Virus record (IMG/VR): IMGVR_UViG_3300037467_000874
From: an uncultured virus (IMG/VR IMGVR_UViG_3300037467_000874)
Taxonomy: Duplodnaviria > Heunggongvirae > Uroviricota > Caudoviricetes
DNA length: 64,000 nt
Direction: 5' to 3' (one strand)
A model generated the notes under the pieces. That model was given only the letters and a program-made list of their open reading frames with translations, was not told where the DNA came from and did no database searches. The position numbers and the translations under genes were made by a program. Positions 50,469 through 59,294 of the stretch are shown here, piece by piece; the stretch's first letter is position 1, and every line of letters starts with the position of its first letter.

Positions 50469-50918
50469 TTATTTGTTTTGTTCGAAACGGAGGTAAGCCA
50501 GAGCTTTTCCAATTTCTTCATTGTATACATCTTCGTCTTTGTTCAGGATGCTAATAGAGAAATTACCTTCAAGGCAGATAGTATATTTCTTGTCGATGAT
50601 CAAGAATGTTTTGCCAACTTCTTCTATAACTTTAATTCGTCCACCAGATGGATTAGCAGAGACTTCTACTTTTTCTACTGGTTTACTTGGTTCCCCTTTC
50701 ACCAGTTTAAAGTATTTTTCTCGGACATAAAAATATTTTCCAACGTATGCGCTACTTTCATGCTCTAAAATTTCAATTTTAATACAGCCTTCTTCTTCTA
50801 AATCAATGACTTTTCCCTTGGTCATTTTATGATCAGTAATTCCATATGGATTCTCTTCTCCATGACACTCGTAATTAGTTAGTCCAGTTACAATATCTCC
50901 AACTTTAAACTTATTCAT
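50469..50918 (-). CDS. Hypothetical protein with KFKVGD SH3-like N-domain
   Basis: RBS GGGAG; C-terminal DVYNEEIGKALAY.R. Confidence 0.7.
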   Translation of the reverse strand: MNKFKVGDIVTGLTNYECHGEENPYGITDHKMTKGKVIDLEEEGCIKIEILEHESSAYVGKYFYVREKYFKLVKGEPSKPVEKVEVSANPSGGRIKVIEEVGKTFLIIDKKYTICLEGNFSISILNKDEDVYNEEIGKALAYLRFEQNK

Positions 50919-50948
50919 TTCAACATCTCCCTTGTTTGTTATGTTTTT

Positions 50949-51048
50949 ATTTTATCTTACATTTACCAATAAGTCAAGCATTATTTTCTATTAATCCGGT
51001 TTTCTTAACCACAAATAGAATTATAACCTATATTATCCAGTAAGTCAA
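50949..51048 (-). promoter_or_regulatory. Tandem sigma-A promoters
   Basis: TTGACT(51048)-17-TATAAT and TTGACT(50977)-17-TAAAAT. Confidence 0.75.
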
Positions 51049-51052
51049 GCAT

Positions 51053-51087
51053 AAAATAAAAAATCTGCTAGAAATTAATCTAGCAGA
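51053..51087 (-). terminator. Intrinsic terminator
   Basis: TCTGCTAGA/TCTAGCAGA stem then a T-tract on the - strand. Confidence 0.8.
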
Positions 51088-51095
51088 CCCAATGT

Positions 51096-51785
51096 TTACA
51101 GCAGTATTCTTTTTACACCAACGGTATTTTTTCTCCAGCTTGTACCATCTTTATATTCAGAGTAAGTTACTCCACCGCAATTATCTTTAATCTTAACCAT
51201 GTTCTTGTCAAATATATCGCATGTAGTATTATAAGTATGAAGAATCTTATAAGCTCCAACATAAATACCAACATGATTAACGATTCCGTCATGATTCGTG
51301 TCAAAGAAAATTACATCACCAGTTCTCAGGATGTCGTAACCATTACCAATAGCAACTCCATCATTAGCAAATTGCGATCTGCTATCGGAATGAAGTGTAA
51401 TTCCAAGCTCTTCGCCATAACACCACTTTACAAAATCAGAACAGTCGAAGCTATTATCATTTGATCTACTAGAGCTAAACACGTATGGTGTTCCAAGATA
51501 TTTTTCACCATAATTAATAAGTCTTTTAGCCTTCTTCAACCATTCAGGCTCAAATGGCTCAACGTATTGTTCGAGTGTAGTAATATAACCAAGCTGTCCA
51601 GTGGACTCTCTTCTAGCTACACACCAAGTTCCAGTAACAGAAAATGTTTGGAATACTTCTCCACTTTTAGCAACAGCAATAACATTATCACCAACTACAG
51701 GTTGTGTTCTAAAATTGACATTGTGACCATCTTTAATTTTAATAAAATTCTCAAATTGTTGTAACATACAAATTCCTCTTTTCAT
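51096..51785 (-). CDS. NlpC/P60 (C40) peptidase with SH3-like N-domain (start probably 51767)
   Basis: YLGTPYVF, FDCSDFV, GDVIFF, HVGIY. Confidence 0.88.
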   Translation of the reverse strand: MKRGICMLQQFENFIKIKDGHNVNFRTQPVVGDNVIAVAKSGEVFQTFSVTGTWCVARRESTGQLGYITTLEQYVEPFEPEWLKKAKRLINYGEKYLGTPYVFSSSRSNDNSFDCSDFVKWCYGEELGITLHSDSRSQFANDGVAIGNGYDILRTGDVIFFDTNHDGIVNHVGIYVGAYKILHTYNTTCDIFDKNMVKIKDNCGGVTYSEYKDGTSWRKNTVGVKRILL

Positions 51786-51855
51786 GATGTATTTTCTAAG
51801 TTGACTGACCGAAAAGCAACAACTAATTATAATCTTATTTGATAATCACAACCTT

Positions 51856-52236
51856 TCATGTATGCGTTTTCAAGTACGACACAATCTTTTCGCATTTTTC
51901 AGAATATTCAGTTTTATGACCAAGTGAAGCGTAGAGAGTTTCCAAGTCTTTGTATTTATTGTAAGTGTCAAGTAGGAAATTTACATCCTTTTTAGATAGC
52001 TTCTTGTCATCAACAAGCAGTTCATCCAGTTCATCGACATCTACGCCTTCAATATCTTCTTCATCCATAATGTCAATCATAAAGCTAGTTCCTTGTACAA
52101 GCGTATAACTACAAATAATATCATCGCCAGTCATTTCAGCAACTACAGAAAAAACTGTAAATACACCTTTATAATCTTTAACTCTTACTTTGTCACCAAC
52201 AGCAAACTTAACTTCAATATTTTTCATGACACTCAC
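51856..52236 (-). CDS. Hypothetical protein (FAVGD SH3-like domain plus helical tail)
   Basis: KFAVGDKVRVK; FLLDTYN.Y..L. Confidence 0.65.
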   Translation of the reverse strand: MSVMKNIEVKFAVGDKVRVKDYKGVFTVFSVVAEMTGDDIICSYTLVQGTSFMIDIMDEEDIEGVDVDELDELLVDDKKLSKKDVNFLLDTYNKYKDLETLYASLGHKTEYSEKCEKIVSYLKTHT

Positions 52237-52278
52237 CTACCATTATTTGTATTTTTAATTATGCTAAAAAAGCAAGGT

Positions 52279-52560
52279 TTACACCTTGCCAAGTGAAGAC
52301 AGTATTCTATTTTCAAACTTAGACACTGTTAAGGCTTTAGGCTTAGGTGACTGAAATTTTGCTCCTTGTTGAATACTCCACTCAATGTCTCCAGTACTTT
52401 CATCTTGTACAAAGTACACAATTTCATTTTCATGAATTTGCGTAACTTTACCAAGCACTTCATCGTAAAGGCCATGAAAGATATCAATAGCCTCTTGTTT
52501 GTCTTTAGCCCAAATCAATGACGAATAATCGTCGATATTAAACAACCCCATTGTAATCAA
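52279..52560 (-). CDS. Hypothetical protein
   Basis: RBS AGAGG; packing. Confidence 0.6.
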   Translation of the reverse strand: MITMGLFNIDDYSSLIWAKDKQEAIDIFHGLYDEVLGKVTQIHENEIVYFVQDESTGDIEWSIQQGAKFQSPKPKALTVSKFENRILSSLGKV

Positions 52561-52580
52561 CCTCTTTAAAAGTTATTATT

Positions 52581-52862
52581 TTATACATTTGTACCAACAA
52601 ACACATGCCAAACATATGTCCCAACTTTAACCGTCTGAAGGAAAGCATATCGTTTCTCAGCAATAATACTAGCATCCCAACCAGTGCCAAGAACACAAAA
52701 CTTATGAGGAACTTCCTGATTGTTAACATCAACAATGGCATAGACAATAATATCACCATTTTGCTCAATAACAGATGTTACTTCAGCATGTCTAGGCATA
52801 AGGATAGATTGCTCACCATCGGCTACAAGTTTATACTTAAAGATTTTTTTCATTTTTGGCAT
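52581..52862 (-). CDS. Conserved small phage protein (IFKY...GTG...VWHVF)
   Basis: Recognisable motif pattern; RBS AAGGAG. Confidence 0.7.
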   Translation of the reverse strand: MPKMKKIFKYKLVADGEQSILMPRHAEVTSVIEQNGDIIVYAIVDVNNQEVPHKFCVLGTGWDASIIAEKRYAFLQTVKVGTYVWHVFVGTNV

Positions 52863-52898
52863 TCTCCTTTTGTTTAGTTAATTTATTTTATCTTACAT

Positions 52899-53324
52899 TT
52901 ATTTAAAGAACTCATCGTCTTCTTCTAGTTTTGCAATACCAATATCTTCTTTGTATACTGAACCATCAGATTCATAGTGCGGCATAGGTGCTCTGCTAAT
53001 AAAAGTGTAACTTGGAGCATATCTTTCTAACAATTGAAACATATTATTTCTGCCGACAGGATTGCTTGTATGCAAGTAAATAATATCAGGAAAAAGCCAT
53101 CCATCTTCAGAATGATTATAGTATTCTTCTACAAGCCATTTGCAAAAATCATAGCCAGTACGTTTATAAGTTCCGTCAAGTCCTCCAAGATCATGATCAA
53201 GAGAGATAATCTTAGACTCTTCTGATAATGCATGCTTTTTATAAATATCAATTGCCTCTTCTACTGTTCTGGCAATTGTAAATCCTTCAGGACATGGACG
53301 AAGATCGTCAAGATAGAGTTTCAT
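52899..53324 (-). CDS. Cyclic-phosphate-processing receiver-like domain protein
   Basis: KLYLDDLR.CP, ISLDHDLG, TGYD, LHTSNPVGR. Confidence 0.85.
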   Translation of the reverse strand: MKLYLDDLRPCPEGFTIARTVEEAIDIYKKHALSEESKIISLDHDLGGLDGTYKRTGYDFCKWLVEEYYNHSEDGWLFPDIIYLHTSNPVGRNNMFQLLERYAPSYTFISRAPMPHYESDGSVYKEDIGIAKLEEDDEFFK

Positions 53325-53458
53325 TTCAATTCCTCCTGAACCATCTTGTCGAAATAAGCTTGAAATGTCATTTGATTTTGATATGGAGATTTAAGAAATC
53401 TTTCAGCACAATAATCAATCAATTCATCTGTAACAATTACATTCAGTTGATTCTTCAT
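53321..53458 (-). CDS. Hypothetical protein, 45 aa (not in ORF track)
   Basis: MKNQLNVIVTDELIDYCAERF...; RBS AAGGGAG; ATGA overlap. Confidence 0.6.
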   Translation of the reverse strand: MKNQLNVIVTDELIDYCAERFLKSPYQNQMTFQAYFDKMVQEELK

Positions 53459-53485
53459 TCGTTTTATCTCCCTTTTGTTTGAGTT

Positions 53486-53549
53486 ATAAAAAGAGGTAGC
53501 AGTTCTCCACCGCTACCTATAGTATACTACTTTATCTTTCATCTGTCAA
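53486..53549 (-). promoter_or_regulatory. Sigma-A promoter overlapping a terminator
   Basis: TTGACA-17-TATACT; AGGTAGCGGT/ACTGCTACCT then CTTTT. Confidence 0.7.
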
Positions 53550-54038
53550 GCTTCTTGTATATATTTTGAAACAATAATTATATGGATTGGCATCATTTTT
53601 TACACCGTTTTTTTGACCGATCAAATCCCAATCATTTTTGTCAAATTTTGGAAAATATGAATCTCCCTCAAATTCATGATCAATTTCAGTAATGAAAAGG
53701 TTCTCTGCATAGGGTAGAAATTGTCTGTAAATATCCTCTCCGCCAATTATGAAGATATCTCTCTCATATGAAGATATAGCATCCATTTCAAGAGCATCGT
53801 CAATGGAATGAATAAAGTGATATCCTTCATGATAAATATGCTGTCTCGTCAATACAACGTTTGTTCTATTTGGTAAAGGCTTTCCAATAGATTCATAAGT
53901 CTTTCTGCCCATGATAACAACATTGTCACTGGTCATACGCTTGAAATAAGAAAGATCAGCAGGAAGATGGAAAGGTAGTTTATTATTCGCTCCAATCAAA
54001 CCGTTCTTATCCATTGCCACAATGATATTAATTGTCAC
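53532..54038 (-). CDS. dfrA: Dihydrofolate reductase
   Basis: LIG....LP..LPADL..FK, MGRKTYESIG.PLPNR, IIGG, GDSYFP. Confidence 0.95.
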   Translation of the reverse strand: MTINIIVAMDKNGLIGANNKLPFHLPADLSYFKRMTSDNVVIMGRKTYESIGKPLPNRTNVVLTRQHIYHEGYHFIHSIDDALEMDAISSYERDIFIIGGEDIYRQFLPYAENLFITEIDHEFEGDSYFPKFDKNDWDLIGQKNGVKNDANPYNYCFKIYTRSLTDER

Positions 54039-54856
54039 ACTGCAACATCTCCCTTGATAAGTGGATGGTGTTCGTATTCAATCAGCGCGAAATCAGATAC
54101 CTCATATTCAAAAATAGTCTCAGGTTTATTCATTATAATTAACTTTGGAGCTTCATAGGGCTCTCTTGATAGTTGTTCAATGACTTGATCTATATGATTG
54201 TGATAAATATGAGCTACACCAACTGTATGAGTCATAACTCCAGCCTTGTACCCAGTTTGATCAGCAATCATTTGAAGCAGTGCCGCATATGAGGCAATAT
54301 TAACTGGAACGCCTAAGAAGAAGTCTCCACTGCGTTGATAATGATACATGTCAAGATACTCACCACGCACATAGAATTGTACAACTGTACTATGGCAACA
54401 GGGCAATGCAGTATCTTCATATTGCATTTCAGGAGCATTCCATCCAGTGAATAGAATTCGTCTGCTATGAGGATTGGTTTTAATCTCGTTAATCACATAT
54501 TTAATTTGATTAAAAATATTTCCTTTTGAATCTTCCCATCTAACCCATTGTTTTCCATATATATTTGGTAGCATTCCAGCTTCATTTGCCCATTCTCTCC
54601 AGAACTTAACATTGTACTTCTCTTCAAGTTCTGTATTGGATGTAGAGCCAGATAAAAACCAAATCAACTCTCCAAACACTCCACGTGTAAACATTTTCTT
54701 AGTAGTCAACAATGGAAATCTCCCATCTGACAAGTCAAATGTCATTGTCACACCAAATTTACTACGCATCCCTGTGCCAGTTCTGTCTCCAGTATCAAGT
54801 CCATTATTTAAAATATCTCTCAAAGCATTAAGGTATTGTTGTTCATTGCTATTCAT
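54035..54856 (-). CDS. thyA: Thymidylate synthase
   Basis: DRTGTG, FPLLTTKK, YGKQW, SRR, LPCCH, YQRSGD..LGVPVN, HIY. Confidence 0.96.
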   Translation of the reverse strand: MNSNEQQYLNALRDILNNGLDTGDRTGTGMRSKFGVTMTFDLSDGRFPLLTTKKMFTRGVFGELIWFLSGSTSNTELEEKYNVKFWREWANEAGMLPNIYGKQWVRWEDSKGNIFNQIKYVINEIKTNPHSRRILFTGWNAPEMQYEDTALPCCHSTVVQFYVRGEYLDMYHYQRSGDFFLGVPVNIASYAALLQMIADQTGYKAGVMTHTVGVAHIYHNHIDQVIEQLSREPYEAPKLIIMNKPETIFEYEVSDFALIEYEHHPLIKGDVAV

Positions 54857-54868
54857 AAATTATTCCTC

Positions 54869-55435
54869 CTACAAATAAAACCAATCTTTAAATCTTTCAC
54901 TTTTAGAATTGAGCCTGTAAATAACAGTATTATGCTTTAAGCTTAATTCAACAGAGACATACTTAATACATTCATATATTTTACCATTTACGCTAACTCT
55001 TTTAGCAATAGGATTACTGCTTCCAATTTGTGCTTCAGATTTTTTTCTAGAGTGTTCTTTAGAGAATTTTCTACCCTTCATTTTTTTACTAATTTCATTT
55101 TTTATTTCATCAGATAATTTAACTCCGCCCGAAGAAAATTCACCTCCAGAAGAAATGTTATAACCAAATCCTCCATCAGACACACAGGTATTATGCTTTT
55201 TTATATAATCTATTTCTAATTGATATAATTTGTTATTATCAGATACATTTTCTATTTCATATATTTCAAAACTTATTTTTCCGTATTTTTGTAAATCCTC
55301 ATTAATCAATCTATTTTCATGCTCTCCTTGGCTCAACATATGATTATGTTGAGCCAATCTGGATTTAAATTTTTTTGTTCTACCAATATACATTCTTCCA
55401 TTTATTTTATTTACAATGGCATAAATACTACCCAT
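54869..55435 (-). CDS. Free-standing GIY-YIG homing endonuclease (NUMOD3-like tail)
   Basis: SIYAI.NKING.MYIGRT, R..QH, GYN. Confidence 0.85.
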   Translation of the reverse strand: MGSIYAIVNKINGRMYIGRTKKFKSRLAQHNHMLSQGEHENRLINEDLQKYGKISFEIYEIENVSDNNKLYQLEIDYIKKHNTCVSDGGFGYNISSGGEFSSGGVKLSDEIKNEISKKMKGRKFSKEHSRKKSEAQIGSSNPIAKRVSVNGKIYECIKYVSVELSLKHNTVIYRLNSKSERFKDWFYL

Positions 55436-55447
55436 CTCTAATCACCC

Positions 55448-55744
55448 TTATTCAAAATCCTCTTCTGTTTGATCATCTAATACTTCTTTTACATAGTAGT
55501 CAAGCCATGATTCAGCATCTTGAAGCATAATTTCTTCTGCATCGAATTGATCTACGCCTTCTTCTTCCATAATCTCTTCATAACTACGTAGTCCATGAAG
55601 TCCTGTGTAATTAATATACTCTTCTAAAGCATACTCATAAGCGTAATCCATTGCAGAGTCATAATTATAAAAACTTTCGATATGGCTGAACCGTGCTCCA
55701 CCAAATCCTCCACCAAGACCATAATAAATAGCGTATTTTTTCAT
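55448..55744 (-). CDS. Acidic hypothetical protein (start moved to ATG 55744)
   Basis: MKKYAIYYGLGGGFGGA; moved start avoids overlap with the upstream gene. Confidence 0.65.
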   Translation of the reverse strand: MKKYAIYYGLGGGFGGARFSHIESFYNYDSAMDYAYEYALEEYINYTGLHGLRSYEEIMEEEGVDQFDAEEIMLQDAESWLDYYVKEVLDDQTEEDFE

Positions 55745-55745
55745 T

Positions 55746-56003
55746 TTATTTATCATCCCATTCATGAATTTCAATTCCGTATTCACAAACAACTTCATAA
55801 TCACCCTGAGTATTATTGTCAATACAAATAGGAATACCAGTGGCAATAGCTCCAAAAAATCCAGAATTAATTTGTTCTGGCGTAAAGACGGTCATATCTT
55901 TAATTAAATGAAATCCTCTGCTTGCTTTATCAGAAAAAGTTTTTTCTGTCATTTTAACATAAAGTGCGTCTCCAACTTTGCCATAATTAGATTTATCTAT
56001 CAT
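55746..56003 (-). CDS. Hypothetical protein
   Basis: RBS AGGAGG. Confidence 0.65.
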   Translation of the reverse strand: MIDKSNYGKVGDALYVKMTEKTFSDKASRGFHLIKDMTVFTPEQINSGFFGAIATGIPICIDNNTQGDYEVVCEYGIEIHEWDDK

Positions 56004-56006
56004 TTT

Positions 56007-56210
56007 TTATTCCTCCTGTAAGTTATATCGTTTTTCAACTCTTGCATAATTAGCTCTAAATTTCGAATGTTCAGTTCCTGTTCCGTCAATACTTAGTATG
56101 GCATCTTTAATTTGGTCAAGTGTTGGATAATTGTCAAAATTACCTACAGAATAATCAGAAGTTTTTATGTTAAATTGAGCATTTACTACTACAACAAAAT
56201 ATTCTTTCAT
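56007..56210 (-). CDS. Hypothetical protein
   Basis: RBS AGGAGGT. Confidence 0.65.
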   Translation of the reverse strand: MKEYFVVVVNAQFNIKTSDYSVGNFDNYPTLDQIKDAILSIDGTGTEHSKFRANYARVEKRYNLQEE

Positions 56211-56226
56211 ATCTGACCTCCTACGA

Positions 56227-56562
56227 TTAGTACCAATGTGTGAAAATTAAAAGCTCTGGCTTTAGATTTAAACTAAACTTATGCAAAAACTTTTCAACTT
56301 TGAAATAGTCTTCAGCATCAAAATTAAAATTAGCAAGATTAATCATTGGCAATCCTTCATGGTAATCATATTCTCCTAGAATTTTGCCAGCAATAGCATA
56401 ACTACTATCATAACAAGATGGAATAATTTGAAATTCTACCTCTGAAGAACCTTCAAGATAGAGAACCATTTCGTCATCTTCCCACCACTCGTCATAGTTA
56501 GCATCATAGTGATCTCTAATGTTTGTGCCAAGAACAATATAATCCTTGCGTTCTACACTCAT
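56227..56562 (-). CDS. Hypothetical protein
   Basis: RBS AAGGAGG. Confidence 0.7.
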   Translation of the reverse strand: MSVERKDYIVLGTNIRDHYDANYDEWWEDDEMVLYLEGSSEVEFQIIPSCYDSSYAIAGKILGEYDYHEGLPMINLANFNFDAEDYFKVEKFLHKFSLNLKPELLIFTHWY

Positions 56563-56574
56563 GTTTTAGCCTCC

Positions 56575-57087
56575 TTAAGTGATGCGTAAATGAACTTTGT
56601 CATCTACTAGTTTAGCACCAGCAACTTCTTTTTTGTCTTTCAATTCTTTCATAATTTCAGACTTTAGAATTTTATCTTCTTGTGGCTCACGATATTGAGC
56701 AGGAATAAGCTCAGGATTAAGAATTTCAACGCTTGGAGGACTTGCTTGAAATTTTACTTTGAAATTTCCAGCTTTAACTTCCTTGATTTTGGCATTGATA
56801 AGCATATCAGACATATATTTCTTAAGAGATTCAACTTTGTTTTCCATTGCCTTACGTTTTTTGCTTAGACGATCTTCTTCAGCCTTAAGAGCCTTAATGT
56901 CACCATCAATATTTTTTATAAATTTACAGATATTTTCTACTTTGAAACTGATTTCACCTTCAAGACTTTCGAGCGTATCTAGAAACATTTCTTCAGAATC
57001 AGCATCAAGTTCATCATTGTCAAGAGCATCTTCAAATATTTCGTATAGCTTACGAAATGATTCTGAAAGTTCGTATAATTTACTCAT
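56575..57087 (-). CDS. Siphovirus Gp157 family protein (start moved to ATG 57087)
   Basis: KLYEL, DTLESL, KVENI, IKALKAEEDRL, PPSV.I, IP..Y, GAKL....LRI. Confidence 0.85.
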   Translation of the reverse strand: MSKLYELSESFRKLYEIFEDALDNDELDADSEEMFLDTLESLEGEISFKVENICKFIKNIDGDIKALKAEEDRLSKKRKAMENKVESLKKYMSDMLINAKIKEVKAGNFKVKFQASPPSVEILNPELIPAQYREPQEDKILKSEIMKELKDKKEVAGAKLVDDKVHLRIT

Positions 57088-57373
57088 TGTCATCTTCCTT
57101 CCATTGCTTATATTGCTCAATTACTTTTTGTCTGGAAGTGTTATGCTTTTCAAAAAGAAAATATAGAAGTTCATAATCTTCGAAATCTTCTTCGCGACAA
57201 TAATTGCAACTGATTGTTTCATAGTCATCTTCTTCATCGTATTTATAATTTATTCCATCTTCTTCAGCACAACTGCTACAGCACCAATGTTCTCCACATT
57301 CACAACTTTCATGTGGGCCACAGTCAGGGAACGTGTCTCCACAATTTCTACAAGAATACCAATCTACACCCAT
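57080..57373 (-). CDS. Cys-rich Zn-binding protein
   Basis: MGVDWYSCRNCGDTFPDCG..CEC..CCSSC..CNYC. Confidence 0.75.
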   Translation of the reverse strand: MGVDWYSCRNCGDTFPDCGPHESCECGEHWCCSSCAEEDGINYKYDEEDDYETISCNYCREEDFEDYELLYFLFEKHNTSRQKVIEQYKQWKEDDNE

Positions 57374-57385
57374 TTTATCTCCACC

Positions 57386-58057
57386 TTATTTATTAATAAG
57401 CGCAATCATTTGCCTAACAGTTCTCCCATCTCCATCAATGCTTACTTCAGCACATCTCATCTGAGAACTTCCACCAGAGTCGAGAAATACGCCGTCAACC
57501 AATGTTCCCGAACCAATTTGACCTTTGATAGCGCTCCTAAACGCTTCTGCTGTACATGGCGTCTCTGTAACTACCAGCCAGATGTTAAGACCACTGTTGT
57601 AAACCAACGCTGTACGAGTCGTTTTGCCGTCGATATTTGGCATGCCTTCAGCAGACGCTTGATCATACCAACCAGACTCATTTTGAAGCCCCATACTAAT
57701 GCCACCTTGTGCCCAATAGGAAATACGACTAGTAACTTGAATATCACTTGCAGAACTTACAACTTGCACACTATATTTGCTTGCAGATTTATCCCAAACA
57801 AGTGTTCCACGCTTATATTTTTCATTAAACCAACCAGAACCATAGCCATCAGCTACCCCTTTAACTGGAACGTCGTTGTTTACTGCAATGGATAACAAAT
57901 CAGTATTGTAAAAAAATCCACCATTTATTCCAAAATCAGTTGTAGACAGAACGTTGCTGTTAATTGCTTTAAGGATAATATTGTTTGGAGATGCTTTGAT
58001 TACGTTCAACACAATACCATTGTCTTTAATAAAACTATAATTTGCCATTTTGTTCAC
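57386..58057 (-). CDS. Phosphodiester glycosidase-like (NAGPA/DUF2233) protein
   Basis: GINGGFF, RGT, RTAL, FLDSGGSSQM. Confidence 0.7.
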   Translation of the reverse strand: MNKMANYSFIKDNGIVLNVIKASPNNIILKAINSNVLSTTDFGINGGFFYNTDLLSIAVNNDVPVKGVADGYGSGWFNEKYKRGTLVWDKSASKYSVQVVSSASDIQVTSRISYWAQGGISMGLQNESGWYDQASAEGMPNIDGKTTRTALVYNSGLNIWLVVTETPCTAEAFRSAIKGQIGSGTLVDGVFLDSGGSSQMRCAEVSIDGDGRTVRQMIALINK

Positions 58058-58224
58058 TCACCTTTTCTATAATTAAAACACTCAAATTCTTCACATGCTC
58101 CTGAGAAGCTTGTTTCTGTATTTGTTTTTGTACAAATTCCTTCTCCACAAAATTCATTATCTTCATAATTATCTTTATAATAAATACAAAAATCACAAAT
58201 AATATGACATCCGTTCTCGCACAT
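58054..58224 (-). CDS. Small Cys-rich protein (not in ORF track; start 58224 or 58233)
   Basis: MCENGCHIICDFCIYY...GICTK...CEEFECF. Confidence 0.65.
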   Translation of the reverse strand: MCENGCHIICDFCIYYKDNYEDNEFCGEGICTKTNTETSFSGACEEFECFNYRKGE

Positions 58225-58225
58225 T

Positions 58226-58501
58226 TTAGCCATTTACTTCAACCCATTTTGTAACTACAATTTCTTTTTGTTCAACTTCCCATACGTCAGTGTCCCAAAA
58301 CTCTAGCTCATAACCACTATAATGATTTCCCGTTCTGACTGGTGCGAACATATAAAACTTTCCATCTTCTGCATGACGAAATACTACTTCGGAAATCTGA
58401 TATTTGCCCTGATCCTCCCAGTCGCCCTCATAAACAAGTTCATGATCTGAATCACTCCACATAATATCTTTAAGTTCTTTTTCTGTAAATTTAAGTTCCA
58501 T
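58226..58501 (-). CDS. Hypothetical acidic protein (start moved to ATG 58501)
   Basis: RBS AAGGAG; upstream extension runs through a terminator. Confidence 0.7.
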   Translation of the reverse strand: MELKFTEKELKDIMWSDSDHELVYEGDWEDQGKYQISEVVFRHAEDGKFYMFAPVRTGNHYSGYELEFWDTDVWEVEQKEIVVTKWVEVNG

Positions 58502-58513
58502 ATTATCACTCCT

Positions 58514-58552
58514 TAGAAAAAGTTTGGCTAAGAAGTTCATGACCTCTTAGCC
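58514..58552 (-). terminator. Intrinsic terminator
   Basis: GGCTAAGAG.../...TTCTTAGCC then AAACTTTTT. Confidence 0.55.
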
Positions 58553-58568
58553 TTATTTTATCTTACAT

Positions 58569-59294
58569 TTACTCATACTCTTCAATTGGATATTTATCAG
58601 CAAGCTCTAGATGATTTGTTACATAATTATTTCTTGCAATCAATGCTTCTCTTTCAGAGTTATAATGACCAACATTGATTTTATTTTTTTGAAGATCGTA
58701 CAATAAAACCCTCCATTTGCCATTATCTTTTCTAAAAGATATGCCAGAGTAATTATTTAAACCTCTTTTTGGTAACATAAATTTATTCCACTCACTGTAA
58801 CTCATCACAATTTCAACTTCATTAAGACTAGAAAAATCTCCAAATTCTTTTTCTGCATGATAGTTGTAGGCATTGGCGGCGGCTTCTTCATTTGTAAAGG
58901 AGCCAATACAATTCCTTTTCTTGTGCTTTGTTATATAGGCTACCCAATTACCAGTTTGCTTATTTTTTGTTACACCTTTATATTTAGAAGACAAGTTGTT
59001 TGATTGCTTGCTAGAATTCAGACTGTTTTGATGAGGAGTCACAAGTCTTAAATTATCTAACGTATTATCTAGCCTATCCCTATTAATATGATCTACATAA
59101 AGGCCGTCAGAAATTGTACCAACAAATTTTTCCCAAATAAGTCTATGCAAGTTTACTGTTTTTCTTTTTCCTCTTTCATAAAAGTCTCTGCAAGCATAGC
59201 CGTTTTTACCTATTTGCCATCTCCATTGAGATATGTACTCATAAACATGGTCATCTACGAGTACATATCCTTTCTTTGTTTCTATTTCCTTCAT
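58569..59294 (-). CDS. Free-standing HNH homing endonuclease with AP2 domains
   Basis: LHR, VDHINRDRLDN..DNLR, SKYKGV..W.A.I, IG.F..EE.AA.AYN. Confidence 0.9.
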   Translation of the reverse strand: MKEIETKKGYVLVDDHVYEYISQWRWQIGKNGYACRDFYERGKRKTVNLHRLIWEKFVGTISDGLYVDHINRDRLDNTLDNLRLVTPHQNSLNSSKQSNNLSSKYKGVTKNKQTGNWVAYITKHKKRNCIGSFTNEEAAANAYNYHAEKEFGDFSSLNEVEIVMSYSEWNKFMLPKRGLNNYSGISFRKDNGKWRVLLYDLQKNKINVGHYNSEREALIARNNYVTNHLELADKYPIEEYE

